Assembly: GCF_009834535.1 (NCBI RefSeq)
Contig: NC_045696.1
Span: 83,578,001-83,642,000 of the forward strand
Reading direction: 5' to 3'
DNA: 64,000 nucleotides
DNA from: Camelus ferus
Lineage: Eukaryota
In this document: one piece after another, positions 47,641 through 61,091 of the stretch
Layout: every line of letters starts with the position of its first letter
How positions within the stretch are numbered: the stretch's first letter is position 1
Made by a program: the position numbers and the translations under genes
The notes under the pieces: generated by a model
Seen by the model: the letters and a program-made list of their open reading frames with translations, nothing else
Told to the model about the DNA's origin: nothing
Databases searched by the model: none

Positions 47641-49448
47641 AAGAGAAATAAGTCAAAGGACAAACAGCAATATTTATTTCTCCTATCCCTCCCAGCGTTA
47701 AATATCTTTACCACTTACCAGGAAGAATTATAGAATACTCATAATGGTCTCATTTCTCTACAATGTCTTCTTATGAGACCGAGGGTAATAAAATGATCCA
47801 TTTTCAAAAAAGGAGGGAATAGGCAGAAAACTGTCCTAGTCAGCTCACCTCATCTCAGTTTCCTCCTCCATAAAAAGGGGCAAGAACACCTGTAGTGTTG
47901 TGTAGATAAACTTAGCTTGCATATGTAAAGACGCTTCATAAGTTACATCATGCAGTATAAGTTCAAGTTATTCTTACTTATTATTTGGGATAGAAGTGAC
48001 TGAAGATGTAGAAAGTATTCGAAAATATGAGAAGAAAGAACAGTGAATAACTGCCTCATCAAAAAGTGGCGTTTTCTGTCTAATTTTATCCTTATTACTC
48101 AAGGTTAGCCTACACCACCTTTAAAAAAAACTTATCAATGGCAATGATAAATTATGAGATTAAAAACATATTAACTACCGAGAAAGAAGAAACCGTTATC
48201 ACCACAGAGTCTCATTTCTTTATAATACAGTTTCCCAGGGACGTTTGATGAAGAGAAAATTGTTTTAACTGCCAAAGGCACTTACCTGCCAGCCCCCACA
48301 TTCAGCATTCTGGAACAGACCTTTTCCAGCATCCTTCCTCCAAGAGACAGTGGCTCCTGCATTATATTCTACAATTAGTACTTAAAAACAGCACGGCGTT
48401 TGCTCAGCTCTTTGTATTAGATGGAAACATTTCTGTCTAAGAGGTGTTTTACTAGCACCAATTTGAAAGTTTATTTATTTAGTTATGCTTTTCATATATA
48501 ATAAAAGCTGGCAAGGTGAGCAGTTCTATTGAAGAATGAATTTTTATCCTGGTTTTACCAAAAACAAAACAAAACAAAAGTCCTAAACCTCCTTCTAACA
48601 AGGCTGTTTGGGGTCTGTGTGGAGAGCTCAGGTGGTTTCCTTGAGTCGGGCTCCGTCAGGACTCACTTTGCCAGGCTGATGGGAGTGTGAGACAGCCTGT
48701 ACTTAAAACTTGAATGTTTATGTATCACAGTTTATTTATTGAAGGAGATGAAATAGTTTTAAATTCTCACTCTCTTTTTATAGAGGGAACAATTTCCCTT
48801 GGAGAGAGAGACTCTTATTAGCATGAAAATGAGAAGGTGTGATGGTTTAGAAATAGCACAGCAGGGAAAAGAGCAAACACCTGGGTCATACTGCCCGGGT
48901 CTGAGTCAGGCTCCACGTGTGGTAGCTGTGTGACTTCAGGCGAGTTTCCTAACTACTCTGTGCCTGGGCTCTCCCATCTTTCAGCTCCGATGGCATACAC
49001 ACGCAGACTCCTGTAGAATGTTGTAGATTGAATCCTTAAGCTGAGTGGTTGAAGAGAAAGAACACCAAGGGCAATGAAGAGAATTTATATGTGTGCATGG
49101 ACTCTCTGTACAACCAACGTGACATGATACTTTTCCTTTCCAATATGAAGACAATAACTTATTCAGCTTTACTCAATGTAGGCTTTTCAGTTAGTGTCTA
49201 ATAGTAGAGCGAGAATAATTTCTTTTAGGAATGAAGCTAAAGTTATTACCCTGCGGTGGCATGTTTTAGTGTAACTGTGTTTATATACACAGCGGTTACT
49301 GCTGCAAATGAGTTAACAAAGGTCTTTTGTTCCTGTTGGCTTTAAGAACATCTCCACTAAAAGAAATGCAAGCATGTCTATGCTGTCTTCTGTGTGACCT
49401 ACACTATCTGGGAATTATGTTTTATATTTCACAGGTAATCCTTCCTTC

Positions 49449-49778
49449 AAGGTGGGTAAACTCCTGCCCTTGCACCAAATCGAGCTCACAGCCTATTTTT
49501 ATACAGCCTATGGGCTGAGAATGATTTTAATTGAATGGGTAGAAAATAAATCAAAAGAAGAATAATATTTCATTACACATGAAAATTAAAACTTCGGTAT
49601 CCATAAGAAAAGTTGTTATCAGAACTCAGCCACACTCATCCCTCTATGTACTGTCTGTCACCTTGGGCACTTTGTGCTACAACAGCAGAGCTGGGTAGTT
49701 AGGACGGAAGTCAGATGACCCAGACAGACAAAATATTTAGTATCTGGCCCTTTAAGAAAATGTGGCCGAGCTCCCTGT
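49449..49778 (+). mobile_element. MER58B DNA transposon
   Basis: aaatcaaaagaagaataatatttcat.acac.tgaaaatta...cagccacactcat...tgctacaacagcagagctg.gtagt...aaaatattta.tatctggcccttta. Confidence 0.8.
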
Positions 49779-50354
49779 CTAGCCTAAATCTATCTCAGGA
49801 GGAAAGTAAGACTGGTGCCCTAACAAGACCATAGCCAAGGTTCTACTAAGTAGAGGATGAGTGTATTTGTCTGATGCTTCAAGACAAGAGACAAGATGAA
49901 GACCAGTTCTCTGCCAACTAAGAAACTCCACTCAATTTTGCATCGTAAGAATTTTCCCTAAACTGTCTTACAGTAGGAATTTGATCCTAATTATACAAAC
50001 CGGGGAGTTGTTTTGGTATTTCCATCATAATATGACAAAGATGGCAAGTCAGAGAACAAATCCAAGCCCACCCCCTATCCCAGACGGCTGACCACGTGTT
50101 AAATGTCCACCAGGTTCCCACCTCTTCTGGGAAAGCGGTGTAGAGAATTCCTCCCCGAGGAAGAGCTGCCTCGTTGGGCACCGTCTAACATTCATCAACC
50201 CTCCTTCTGCTCTGCTCCAGGCACTGCTCTCGACTCTGAGTCTACAGGGATGATCAGAAAAGCAATGTCCCTATTCTTAAAATGCATTAGAGGCAAGAAA
50301 CAATAAACAAATAAATAATTGAGAAAAATGTTTTTAAAAAGTGCTATAAAAACA

Positions 50355-50640
50355 CAAAGTATAACATACTGTATGATTGCACTTAGAAGAGTCCAATCCA
50401 TAGAGACTGCAAGAGGACAGTGGTTGCCAGGGACTGGAGGGAGGTGGGAACGGGGAGTTAATATTTAGCGGATATGGAGTTTCAGTTCTTCAAAATGAAA
50501 CAAGTTTGGGAGATGGTGGTGATGGCTGTACAACAATATGAATGTACTTAATACCACTTAACTGTGCACTTAAGGTGGTTTACATGGTAAATTTTATGCT
50601 ATTTGTATTTTACTATTATTTTTTAAATCAGAAAAAAAAA
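50355..50640 (+). mobile_element. LINE-1 3'UTR end (L1MA/L1MB)
   Basis: tggttgccagggactgg...ggtgatggctgtacaacaatatgaatgtacttaataccact.aactgtgcacttaa, followed by an A tail. Confidence 0.85.
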
Positions 50641-52481
50641 AACACTAGAGATAAAGAGATGGTTCTAAAAGATTCCATGGCGGGGGAGGGGGGAAGATGG
50701 GTCCTCTGCAAAAAACGAAAAACAAAGAGCATTCCATTTCTCATCAGGAACACTGGATACTAGAAAAACATGAAGCAAAGTATACTCAAAATTCTGTGCT
50801 GGAATTATTTTCAGCTTAAGCTTCTATCCTCAGACAAACTGTGAAGGTGGAAAAAAGTCACTTTCTGGCAAACACCCACACATGCACACACACAGGTATA
50901 GTAATGGCGGCTGGCTAAGTGACTGCTGTACATGTTTTTGCAAATATTTAGAACAGGTGATTCATTCACATGGTTTAAAAATCAGAATGTATAAAAAGAT
51001 ACATGGTAAGTCTCTCCCTCCAATGCTCAGCTCCACGTTCTCAAATTGTTCTCGCTGCTCCTTGCTTCAGGGCAGGAAATGGTGTCATATGTTTAAGGAT
51101 CAGAAAAGATGTCAAAGTAAAGAGTGGATAAGGGAGGGCGTGGAAGGAGAAATGGTAGAAACGGAAGAAGAATATACAATTCCAGCTAGAATAATAGTTC
51201 ATGGCTGTCCAACCCTGTACTTCACTGAGAAATTGTCTGCCATGGTAGCCGTCTCTGCCCACCCCCATGAGGACCATTATGATAGTTTGACCTCAAAAAG
51301 AGGACCTAGTGGACCCCGACTTGTTCCAGGAAATGGTTAGCTACAGAATACCTCCACCCCTCACAGGGAGCATTTCTTCCTCTTTTGAAAGGTCCCCAGA
51401 TGGGTCACTTGACCCCTGAAGCCAGCCAAGGAATGAGGAGTCTGCGTGGAGTACAAGTAGCAAGTCTCCCCACTTCCAAAAGTCCCACCTTAAGAGAATG
51501 AATGCTTGCCAACCCAAGACCGTGCTTCCTTCTTTCACTCTATAAACATATTCTCCTTTCTACCACTTAGGACTCCTGCTGAAATGAAAGTGATGACACA
51601 TGGGTTCCCTTGCCCAGTTTATGAATAAACAGACTTTGTTCATTTTGTCTCTGACACAGTTTTGTCTTTGACATCATGAAACAGTTCCACCTTTGGCCTC
51701 AGTGCAAGGCCTCACTTCACCCCACCTCCCAGGATGGAGAGGGAAGAAGGGAAGGAGAAATCAGAAGATGCTTATTTTACGTTATTGTAGTATTTTCTGT
51801 GCTTCTTAAACACTACTATCTCCCAATACTGTTTCCAAATACTTATTTTTAGTCCCAAATTTGGCATTTAGAGAGGAGGAGTTTTTTTTCAGACTGAAAA
51901 CTTCTATTTTGTTCAATATATACATAAACTCATGAAACTTTCCAAGCTTTATTTAAATAGTTTTCTGATGTGGTTTCTATAAAGCAATGTTATGACTCAG
52001 TGTGCGTATTTAGAGAAATTATGATGATTTCTTTTAAAATTCTAATTATAGTTTAAATGACCTAATTGCTATTCAAAATCAGGCACATTGTACACCCAAT
52101 TCAATATACTTCTTTAAAATATTGCCAAGGATTAAAATAAATTATAATGTATAGTGCATAATTTCACTTTAATTATGTACTTCTGTGATTGGTTTCCACA
52201 TTCACTATTTCTGTTATCTTTTTAAACCATCTTCCTTCTTCATGGTACTTCTTGCTTGATAAAGGAGTAATGCTGAGAAGATGAGAATCTTAAATTTTTT
52301 AATGGTTTTATTATAAAGTAATGCATACTCACAAGAATTTACAACAGTATGGAAGTGGGTAAAGTAGGAGACAACATTTGTTCTTGTCCTCATGAATTCT
52401 ACTGCCATGGAGTAATCACAATATAATATGTGTGTGTACTAAAATAAAAATCAAGAGTAGGATGGTGAAGATTTTAGCCAA

Positions 52482-53118
52482 CTGTGAAATTAGAGGGCAC
52501 ACAGAACACACAAGACTGCTCTCATTTCTGACACAAGTTTGTGGGGATCCCCAAAACACCCTGAGTTTGATCATTTCTGGATGGACTCACAGAAGTCACC
52601 AAAAACTATTATACTCACAGTTGCAGTTTATTACAGGGAAAGGATACAGATGAAGACCAGCCAAGAAGGGACACACGCAGGGAAGAGTCCAGGGAAGTAC
52701 CACACATGGGGCTCCCACGGTCCTCTCCTCGCAGAGTCAGGATGCATTATACATCCCTGGCATCAGCATGTGACAGTGCATACAGAGCACTGCCCAAAAG
52801 GGACATTCACCCAGGGCTCAGTGTTTCCACTGAGGCTCCATCTCATAGCTATGACTGATGGGTTCACTGCCCACATAGTTGTCTGACCTAGCATAACCCT
52901 AACTAATATTGCTGGGTTTTCTAGTGTGGCCAGCCCCACCCTAAGACCATCTGAGTTTGGCCAGCCCCCACCAGGTATCATAGCATTAGACTATCTGGTG
53001 AATGAACCAGGGCCCAGGAAAACAAAGACACTCCTCAGGCCTGTAATTCTAATTCCCAATTAGCCAAGGTCAAAGGCCAGCACTCTTTCTGGGCAATGTT
53101 AAATTCTTTACCACACAG
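52482..53118 (-). mobile_element. MER21-like ERVL LTR
   Basis: ccccaaaacaccct.agtttgat.att...ggactcacagaa...tatactcacagtt...gtttattacagggaaaggatacag, ending ttctttaccacaca. Confidence 0.75.
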
Positions 53119-53798
53119 GATTCCTAGTGAAGAAACCTTAGAGGAGTAAAAGTATCCAAACTGAATATCTTCAGTTGATGTCAGATATCATTCCATGACA
53201 TTCCCTGAAAGGGAGGACCAGTCATTGTCTTCTTGCCACCACGCAGAGGAAGAGGGGTAGTGGGGAGAAGGGATTCTTTTTGTCTTATGCGCTTGCACTT
53301 TGCCACTGCAGGGCTCTGTTTCATTTGGTTCCCTTTCTCTCCTGCTCTCCCTCCACCCACCTTGGAGGTGCGTAAAGGACTGAGGCTCCCACCTGACCGT
53401 GGTTCAACGTTGATATGCTTCCTTTGCCTATGAAACATAAGAGAATATCCTTATTTTCTAGAAAGGAAATCTGTTTCCTTAGTTCTCCACTGATTCCTCT
53501 TTTTTTTTTTTCTTGAAAGGTGTAGCTCTCTCATCAGATATTCTTTTCCTGCTTTTGACGGTGCTTACAGAGAAATAGCTCTCTGCTATAGTAAAGTCAG
53601 CAGCGAGGGCAGGTAGAAACTTGACCCTGACTCTTACTCTCAGACTCAAGTCAGCAACTCAGAGTCTGGCAATGTGGTCCCTAAAGCACATCCTCTCATC
53701 TAAAGGAGTAGTGGCCACTCGGCTCTAGCTGACAGTTACACAGCGAGAATGCAAGAAAAGGTTCCCAAGAAAGGCAGAAAATCTGAAATCACTCCATT

Positions 53799-54078
53799 CA
53801 TTCATTATGTGAAATTCACATAGCATAAAATTAACCATTTTAAAGTGAACAGAGGCTTTTTGTACATTCACAATGTTGTGCAGCCATCACCTCTATCTAG
53901 TCCCAAAACATTTCCATTGCTCCAAAATAAAACATCATACCCATTAAACAGTCACTCCCCTTCCCCTCTCCTTCCAGCCACTGGAAACCACCAATCTGCT
54001 TTCTATATCTATGGATTTACCTATGCTATATATTTCATGTAAGTGGAATCATACAATAAGTTATCTTGTGTCTGGCTC
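53799..54078 (-). mobile_element. Short LINE-1 3' end (L1MB-type) with TSD
   Basis: gtgaaattcacatagcataaaattaaccattttaaagtg... 16-bp TSD CTGAAA(T/G)CACTCCATT at 53783-53798 and 54079-54094. Confidence 0.88.
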
Positions 54079-57000
54079 CTGAAAGCACTCCATTTTAAAT
54101 GTGGTCACGATGCTAAAAAACAATGAACAAAAACACTGGGTTAGATAAACCATACACGTGGAAGGGGAAAGCACGGCCCACTTACTGCCAGTTAACAGCC
54201 TGTACCCTGATGCAGACAGTGACAGCAGAGGCCAAAGCTGGACGCTGGTTGAGAGGGAGGGGCTTGGGGAAGATGTTCTCTAGGAGAGCATGGAATCAAC
54301 CTGGGTCGCCATCAATGCACAAGTCCAGTCAAGGACACAGACTTCAGCAGAAAGACCCTGTTGGAATCATGGTTTAAATAGGCAAGCCACATCCAGTGTT
54401 CTAGAAATTCCTGGAAAGTAGAGAATTCAGAATCTTTATTTGCAACAACTTTATTTGTGTGTGTGTATGTGTGGAGGTGTGTGGTACACAGCTTGAGGCC
54501 AATGGACCCCCTCAATCAGAACATATAGGTTAAACAAAGCTTTTAAAAGTTGTTTTTAATCACATCATATGACTTCAAGGTTGCTGACCTGGTCATCTCT
54601 TGCCAATCAGAAGCTCTGATTGGCAGCTTTAGTGTTCTTGATTCAAATTCTAAATAAACAGAGTAAGTTTCCGGCATTCTAAAGTTGGCAATCATGTAGA
54701 CTCCAGACTTAAAAGGCATGCAGAATGAAAAGGGAAGGTTATGGGGTAAAATAGAAATATTTGGTTGGGGTGCCAATTGGAATTCAACATGAAGCTAGCT
54801 TTGCTTTAGTACTTAACGTTTTAGTCTCAGTTTCTCCATCAGAAAAATGAGTATAATTACCCATTGTGCTGGACTGTTGTTAGAATTATACACATTGTTT
54901 ACACAGTACATGGCACAAAATGAATGGGGTAGGTATGAATTATTATAATGATGAGACAGATATCGACAAGCAGAATTTAAACCACTAATCTTAGGATAGA
55001 CATTTGCTCTCTGACTGCTTTTCTATCCCCTGCTGGGTGCAGGTGAAACATCAAACACACGTAGGTAGTTCCTGAAAGGGTTCAGTAGGTCCTCATTATA
55101 CAGATAGCGATGTGTCTTACAAAAGTACATGAAGCAACTTTACCATTTGTTTAGGGGGCATGGTCGTGGGCTTTTAAATTAAATCTAAAGTAGTTTCACT
55201 CATTGGAAAGGATGACAGATGGACATTGTGACCCCTGCAATCCTTTTCAGTGGTGGAAATGGCAGTTAGTTGGAGGGATTAAGCCTGTCAATATCACACT
55301 GCCAATTGGACCGATCTCAAATTTAGAAGGACAACTTCTGTGTCAGACTAACTAGGTCACATTTTTGTGTCTTTTCCATAAAGTCCTCTCTGCCAAGCAA
55401 AGGGCAAAGATTCAGGGGGCACCTGCTGGTTTGACAAAACTTAGACTAATATTCTTTCAAATATTTTTAGTAATTATCTCAAATTATAAGAGTAATCGAG
55501 AATTAAATCCACACCTCCACAGTACAAACAATATTTTGGTCTATTTAAAATCAATTTTGCATCATAAAGAAAGAGATTTAAGACATGATACCAAGTCTTA
55601 ACTATTACATAATCTTAAGTAATGCTTTTTTTAAAAAAAATGCAGTGTGCTTGCTCTGTGTAATGTGGAAATGACAGGTAGGACCATCTTTTACTCCTTA
55701 AGATACTATTTTCTGATTAGCTCTGTGTACATTAATCATAAAAGTCTAACATCCTTTCCAGAAATTAAATGTCGAGTTAGTCAAGGGGAAAAAAGCCTGA
55801 TTTTTAGAAATCAATATACCCAAGAAAAGAAATTCAGGTCTGAAACTGTCATTTCTCTCTTTAAAAAGGAAATCTGTGTGTTTGCCATGTGCAATCCTTC
55901 CTTCAGTCTTCTGTGATCCTTGGGTGGATGTTGACAAGAAGGATGCAACATCTACAGGACATATTTGGACCCAGTAATTTGAGGAAGCAGGAAACTTAAG
56001 GTGAGTCAATTTCTGTTAGATACTGAGCCTCAAGAAATTAATAAGGCTATTGATTGGGCAGGGGTAGAAGCAAATTGTGGGGAGTAAAGTCTTAGTTCCT
56101 GATTGATTAACCGATTGATTGCTTATTTAGGCTAAGATTAGCAGGGATGCAAGAAGCAGAAATTACTTAAACCAGTATTTCCAAAAATGCAGCAATTACC
56201 CCTGTACTAAACAGACAAAATTAGGTCTGATATAAATGATATATTTATATTTTCAATTACCTTCTCTATGACAAATGATACTGATTTTCTGTTTATATTG
56301 ACAATGCATAGTTTTGTTTTACATTTATTAAGTTAAAAGGAAAAAGTTTTATAAAACATAACAAAAATTATGAAGGTTGTCCATGAATGACTGGTTTGTG
56401 AAACATTCATTTCCATTTCGAAAGCAGACATCTTTTTAAACTGAAGTACATCTAATCCTAAGAGGCACTGGGCGTGTGAATCGCCATTGTGAGACTCTGA
56501 AGTAAAGACCTGCCAGAACCACTGGATTTTGTCGGGGGAGGTCTGGATTGTAATTTTTATCTTTGTGTGTTTTTAATTTTAAGTCCTATGAATATAGCCC
56601 AACATATAATATACAGAAAATGATATTTCTCCAATATCCAGGAAGAAGATGAATAATGCAGAGAGCCAGAAAACGTCAGTCCCACCTTGAAGACTTCGAG
56701 TTTTAGCGAGAAAGAGATGGTAAAAGTCAGCTGCCATAGCACGAGGCAGATACAGTTACCATGGCCGACACAGATATTCGTATCTACCACAGTACTGTTT
56801 TGCTATTTGCTTGATAAATTTACACCTTATGAATTGAGGATTTTATCTACAGTAACACAAAGTCAATTCCCAGTTAAAAGCTATGTTTAATCTAATTCAG
56901 TTATATCAATCTAATTTCAAAAATGAATTCATGTGATGGTTTGAGATACTAACTATAGAACAGAATATCTTAAAGGTGGCTGAGAACACTGGCATAAAGG

Positions 57001-57124
57001 AAAGATGACATGAACAGACTGTCATGCAGCCTGCAGGCGGTGCGGTCCATGCTGGAAGCGGACTGCAAAGTTGGGTCTGAGCTCCTAAAAGCCCAAACAA
57101 ATACAACTGCATAATTAGCTAAAA

Positions 57125-57343
57125 CAGGGGTGGCAAACTATGGCCCTTGGGCCAAATCCCATCTGCCACCTGGTTTTGTAAATAAAACTTCACTGGAACA
57201 CAGCCGTGCTCATTTGTTTCTATACTGTCTGTAGCTGTCTGTTGGTTACGATGGCAGAACCAAGGAGCTGAAACACAGACAGTATGGCCTGCAAAGCTGA
57301 AAATATTTGCTGTCTGGTCTTTAAGAAAAAGCTTGCCAACTCT
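57125..57343 (+). mobile_element. MER58A DNA transposon
   Basis: caggggtggcaaactatggccc.tgggccaaatcc...ttttgtaaataaa...tatggcctgcaaagctgaaaatattt...ttgccaact. Confidence 0.88.
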
Positions 57344-58299
57344 CAAATTACAACATTATAGTATCTAAAAGACGTTTTAAAATTCCCTGGCTCAGTGAAT
57401 TTTTTTTTTAAAAAACCCAGATGGTTTTAAGTTATTAAAAGCCATTGATATTGGTTAAAATGTTTTTCAAAATTGATATATTTTTGCCATGAAATTTATA
57501 TTCACTTTTCTATACTCATGGATTAGCAGTTAAGTTACATTGTAAATCTCAGTTACCCAAAGCTCATCTCTTGTATTAAAAAATACTATGTATTCACTAG
57601 CTCTCTAAAACATTAGTCTAAAAAGGGACTGTGTCTGCAGACCTAGATCGAAAGCAGCTCCATTATCCAACAGTCACCCTTTGCACAGGGTTTTTAAATA
57701 TAGTCCTCTACCCTTTAAGGTGCATCACATTAATCATCAATTTCAGAGGAAAAGCAATCTCTCAATAAAGGACGTTTCCTTCTGCTCAGTCTTAAGCACA
57801 GATCAACAGCAACTGTCATATAATGGATTTAGGCCAATACTCTGAAAGAAAAGGAAGTAAATGTCAATAAACTTTTAACATCTTTCTATCTGGACTTCAG
57901 AGAAGACAGAAAAAAGAAAGTAAAGGGAGGCTGTTCTAGTGGGAGTACATGAAGTGTCCATTCTTGGTTTTGACTTCTAGGAACCTAAGTTTGAGGCCCA
58001 CTTCACTACCTGGCCATACATGCTTGACCCAGGAGTGGACCTGCTCCAGACTGGATGGTCAGATTCTCTCTCCCGAGAACTGGGAAGAGACTGGGATGCT
58101 GGCGCTGAGATACGTCCCTGGCGGCGTCCAGAAAAAGGAGATTCAAGCTCTGTTACCGAGTGAAACACTGAAACTTCCCTGACTCTTGCCTCACTGATGC
58201 CTAACTGTTCAGGTCGTCCTTAGATCCTGTGAAATTCTCCAGCTTTCCCTAACTTCTAGTACTTGTACCCAAATGAACTTTATTTAATTTGCCCAGATC

Positions 58300-58800
58300 T
58301 TACATTTTGAAATACTTAAGGATGTGTATCATATCCCTCTAAACTTCTCTTCTCCACATAAAACATAATAAATCCTTTCTTCAAAATTATTTTACTAGGG
58401 GAGAAAAATCCCAACAATTTAAGCAAATACATTAAAAACAAAATAGATGTTAATCCTAAACCCAGACCCCAGCCTCTTTAAAATCTTGTGTGGAGAACTG
58501 AACACATTGCTTGAGGCACAGTGTGATTAGCACAGAGTAGGACAAGACTATCACCTCCCTGATTCTAAACACTTTACTTCTACTAATGCAGCCATAGGTC
58601 GTATTGACTTTTTTTTTTGATAGACACATCATACTACTGATGTTGCATTTAACTAAATCAATCATATTTTTATCATTAAAGCTTATACTCAATAATGTTG
58701 TCATTTTTGGATTCAGGTACATATATTTATATTTCTCCCTAGCATATTTGATCCTACTAATTAGACTCATTTTTCCAGTTTGCCAAGACGTCTTTGGATC
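58300..58800 (-). mobile_element. L3/CR1 LINE fragment (RT C-terminal region)
   Basis: ORF 58456..58770 contains KKVNTTYGCISRSKVFRIREVIVLSYSVLITLCLKQCVQF, a decayed form of the CR1 motif KANxILGCIxRSxxSRxREVIxPLYxALVRPHLEYCVQFW. Confidence 0.8.
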
Positions 58801-59159
58801 AGTAATAATTAATTATATAGTTATTGTGTGATAGGAAGCATGTTAAGCATTTTATGTCTTTTATATTTTTCATTTTTCACAACAATGCTACAAGAAATGT
58901 CTTTATTTATTCCCAGTTTCCTCCACTCTCTAGTCCCTCACCTCTGGGAGGGAAAACATAAATCTTCTGATTGAAATTAACTGTCTTAGTGAAGGGGAAT
59001 AGCAATCTTACCATGATGGAATTATACAAATAACTGTGCACTTAATTAATTAATTAATAATTAAAAATGCTTCATGAAAAATGTGTCCACACTCTGTAAG
59101 TAGGTAAGAACAAGAACAGGTAGGAGGGTCATAACTAAAAGGATAATGAGACACCAAAG

Positions 59160-60308
59160 GAAGAAGAAATAATTTATAAGTTGGACTTCATTAAAACTGC
59201 TAAAGATAGTATCAAGAGAATTATAGACAATCCACAAACTGGGAGAAAATATTTGCAAGAGACACATCTGATAAAGGACTGTTTTCCAAAACATACAAAG
59301 AACTCTTAGAACTCAACCATAAGAAAACAAAATACCTGATTTAAAAAATGGGCCAAAGACCATAACAGACAACTCCCCAAAGCTATACACGTGGAAAACA
59401 GGCACATAAAAAGATGCTCCACAACATATGTCATCAGGGAAATGAAAATTAAAAACAAGATACCACTGCACACCTATTAGAATGGCCAAAACTTGGAACA
59501 ATGACACCACCAAATGCTGGTTATGATGTAGAGCAACAGGAACTCTCATTACGTGCTGGTGGGAATGCAAGATGGTACAGCCACTTTGGAAGATAGTTTG
59601 TTGTTTTGTTACAAAACTAAACATACTCTCATCATAAGATCCAGCAACTGTGATCCTTGGTATTTACTTAAAGGAGCTGAAAACTTATGTCCACACAAAA
59701 ATCTGCACATGAATATTGATAGTAGCTTTATTCATAATTGCCTAAATGTGGAAGCAAGCAAGATGTCCACCAGCAGGTGAATGGATAAATTGTAGTATAT
59801 CCATGCAATGGAATATTATTGAGCACTAAAAAGAAATAAGCTATCAAACCATGAAAAGTCATGGAGGGAACTTAAATTTATATTACTAAGTGAAAGAAGC
59901 CAATCTGAAAAGGCTGTGTACTGTATGAGTCCAAGTATATGACGTTCTGAAAAAGGTAAAACTATGGAGACAGTGAAAAGATCAGTAGTTGCTAAGCGTT
60001 GGTGAGAGGGAGGGGTGAATAGGCAGAATACGTGTCATTATACATTTGTCTAAACTCATAGAATGTACAACACCAAGCTGTGAACGTACAACACCAAGGC
60101 AAACTATAGGCTTTGGGTGATTATGATGAGTCAACGCAGGTACATCAGCTGTGAGAATGTTTGACTCTAGTGGGGAATGTTGGTAATGGGGAGGCTGTGC
60201 ATGTGTGGGGACTGGGAGTAAATGAAAAATTATTATACCTTCCTCTCAATTTTGCCGTGACCTTAAAAATGCTCCAAAATGAGGTCCTTTTTATTTAAAA
60301 AAAAAAAA
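59160..60308 (+). mobile_element. LINE-1 3' part (L1MC-type)
   Basis: ORF2 C-terminal nucleotide hallmarks (actgggagaaaatatttgcaa, acacctattagaatggcc) plus an L1MC-like 3'UTR (gtcattatacatttgtc.aaac.catagaatgtacaacacc) and an A tail. Confidence 0.9.
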
Positions 60309-60469
60309 GGATAACTAGCTTGAGAGGGGTTAGGTAACTTGACCAAAGTTACAAAGCCCACAAGTGGTGAAGCTGATCTTTAAAATCCAATTGGACTCCA
60401 AATCCCATGTAGCTAACTACTATATTCTGGTGCCCCAAAGTTTAACCAAACAACTGCTTCCTAGATGTC

Positions 60470-60800
60470 AATTTTCTTGATCGTTAAGTTTTCTAAGCAG
60501 CTTTTCTACATAATCATTTACATCATTGATTTTAAAAGAAATACTGTATAGAAGAGATCCCAGTGGCAAGTTTCTAGAAACTCTTTCTAAAGCTGGTATC
60601 TTTATTTTAGTCAGCACCCATGGGTACATTAAATCCATTTTATTGAACTATTATCTACTCTGCATTTCTCAAACTTTTCCATAAGGATGAAATAAGTCTT
60701 TTCCAAATCCTTGTTTACATCCAGTTACGTTACACCTACTATCTTCCCCCCATAGAGCACTCAAGTTAGTCTGTCAAAGAGAAGCTGTGTAGCCTCTCTG
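60470..60800 (-). mobile_element. L3/CR1 LINE fragment (RT region)
   Basis: The minus strand gtaggtgtaacgtaactggatgtaaacaaggatttggaaaag resembles the CR1 VDVxYLDFxKAFD region; probably the same element as 58.3-58.8 kb, split by the L1. Confidence 0.5.
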
Positions 60801-60960
60801 GAAACCAAGTTAAAAGTACACACCAACGCCCACAGAAACACTCTGATTCAACCATCTCACAAAATCTCCCTTCAGGAGTGTATACCAAAGAAGTAGTTCA
60901 ACTTTTTGTACATAAATCTTTTTCTGGATTTTGGATTCTTTTATAATTCTTCTATTTCTG

Positions 60961-61091
60961 GGGGGAGGCTGCAGCTCAAGTGGTAGAACACGTGCTCAGC
61001 ACCTAAGAGGTCCTGGGTTCAATCCCCAGCACGTCCTCCAAGTAGAAACCAGTGAAGAAGCCTAATTAACTCCCCCTCAGAAAACAGACAA
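60961..61091 (+). mobile_element. tRNA-derived SINE, Vic-1-like (camelid)
   Basis: GGGGGAGG head, Pol III A box (tgcagctcaagtgg), B box (gggttcaatccc) and tail cctaattaactccccc. TSD TATAATTCTTCT(A/G)TTTCTG at 60942-60960 and 61092-61110. Confidence 0.85.

Noticed and set aside
60060..60098. Short tandem duplication gaa(t/c)gtacaacaccaag
   Set aside because: Local slippage inside an old L1 3'UTR; no functional implication.
60961..61040. Apparent tRNA gene
   Set aside because: Has A and B boxes, but also a SINE tail and TSD and no intact acceptor stem; it is a SINE.
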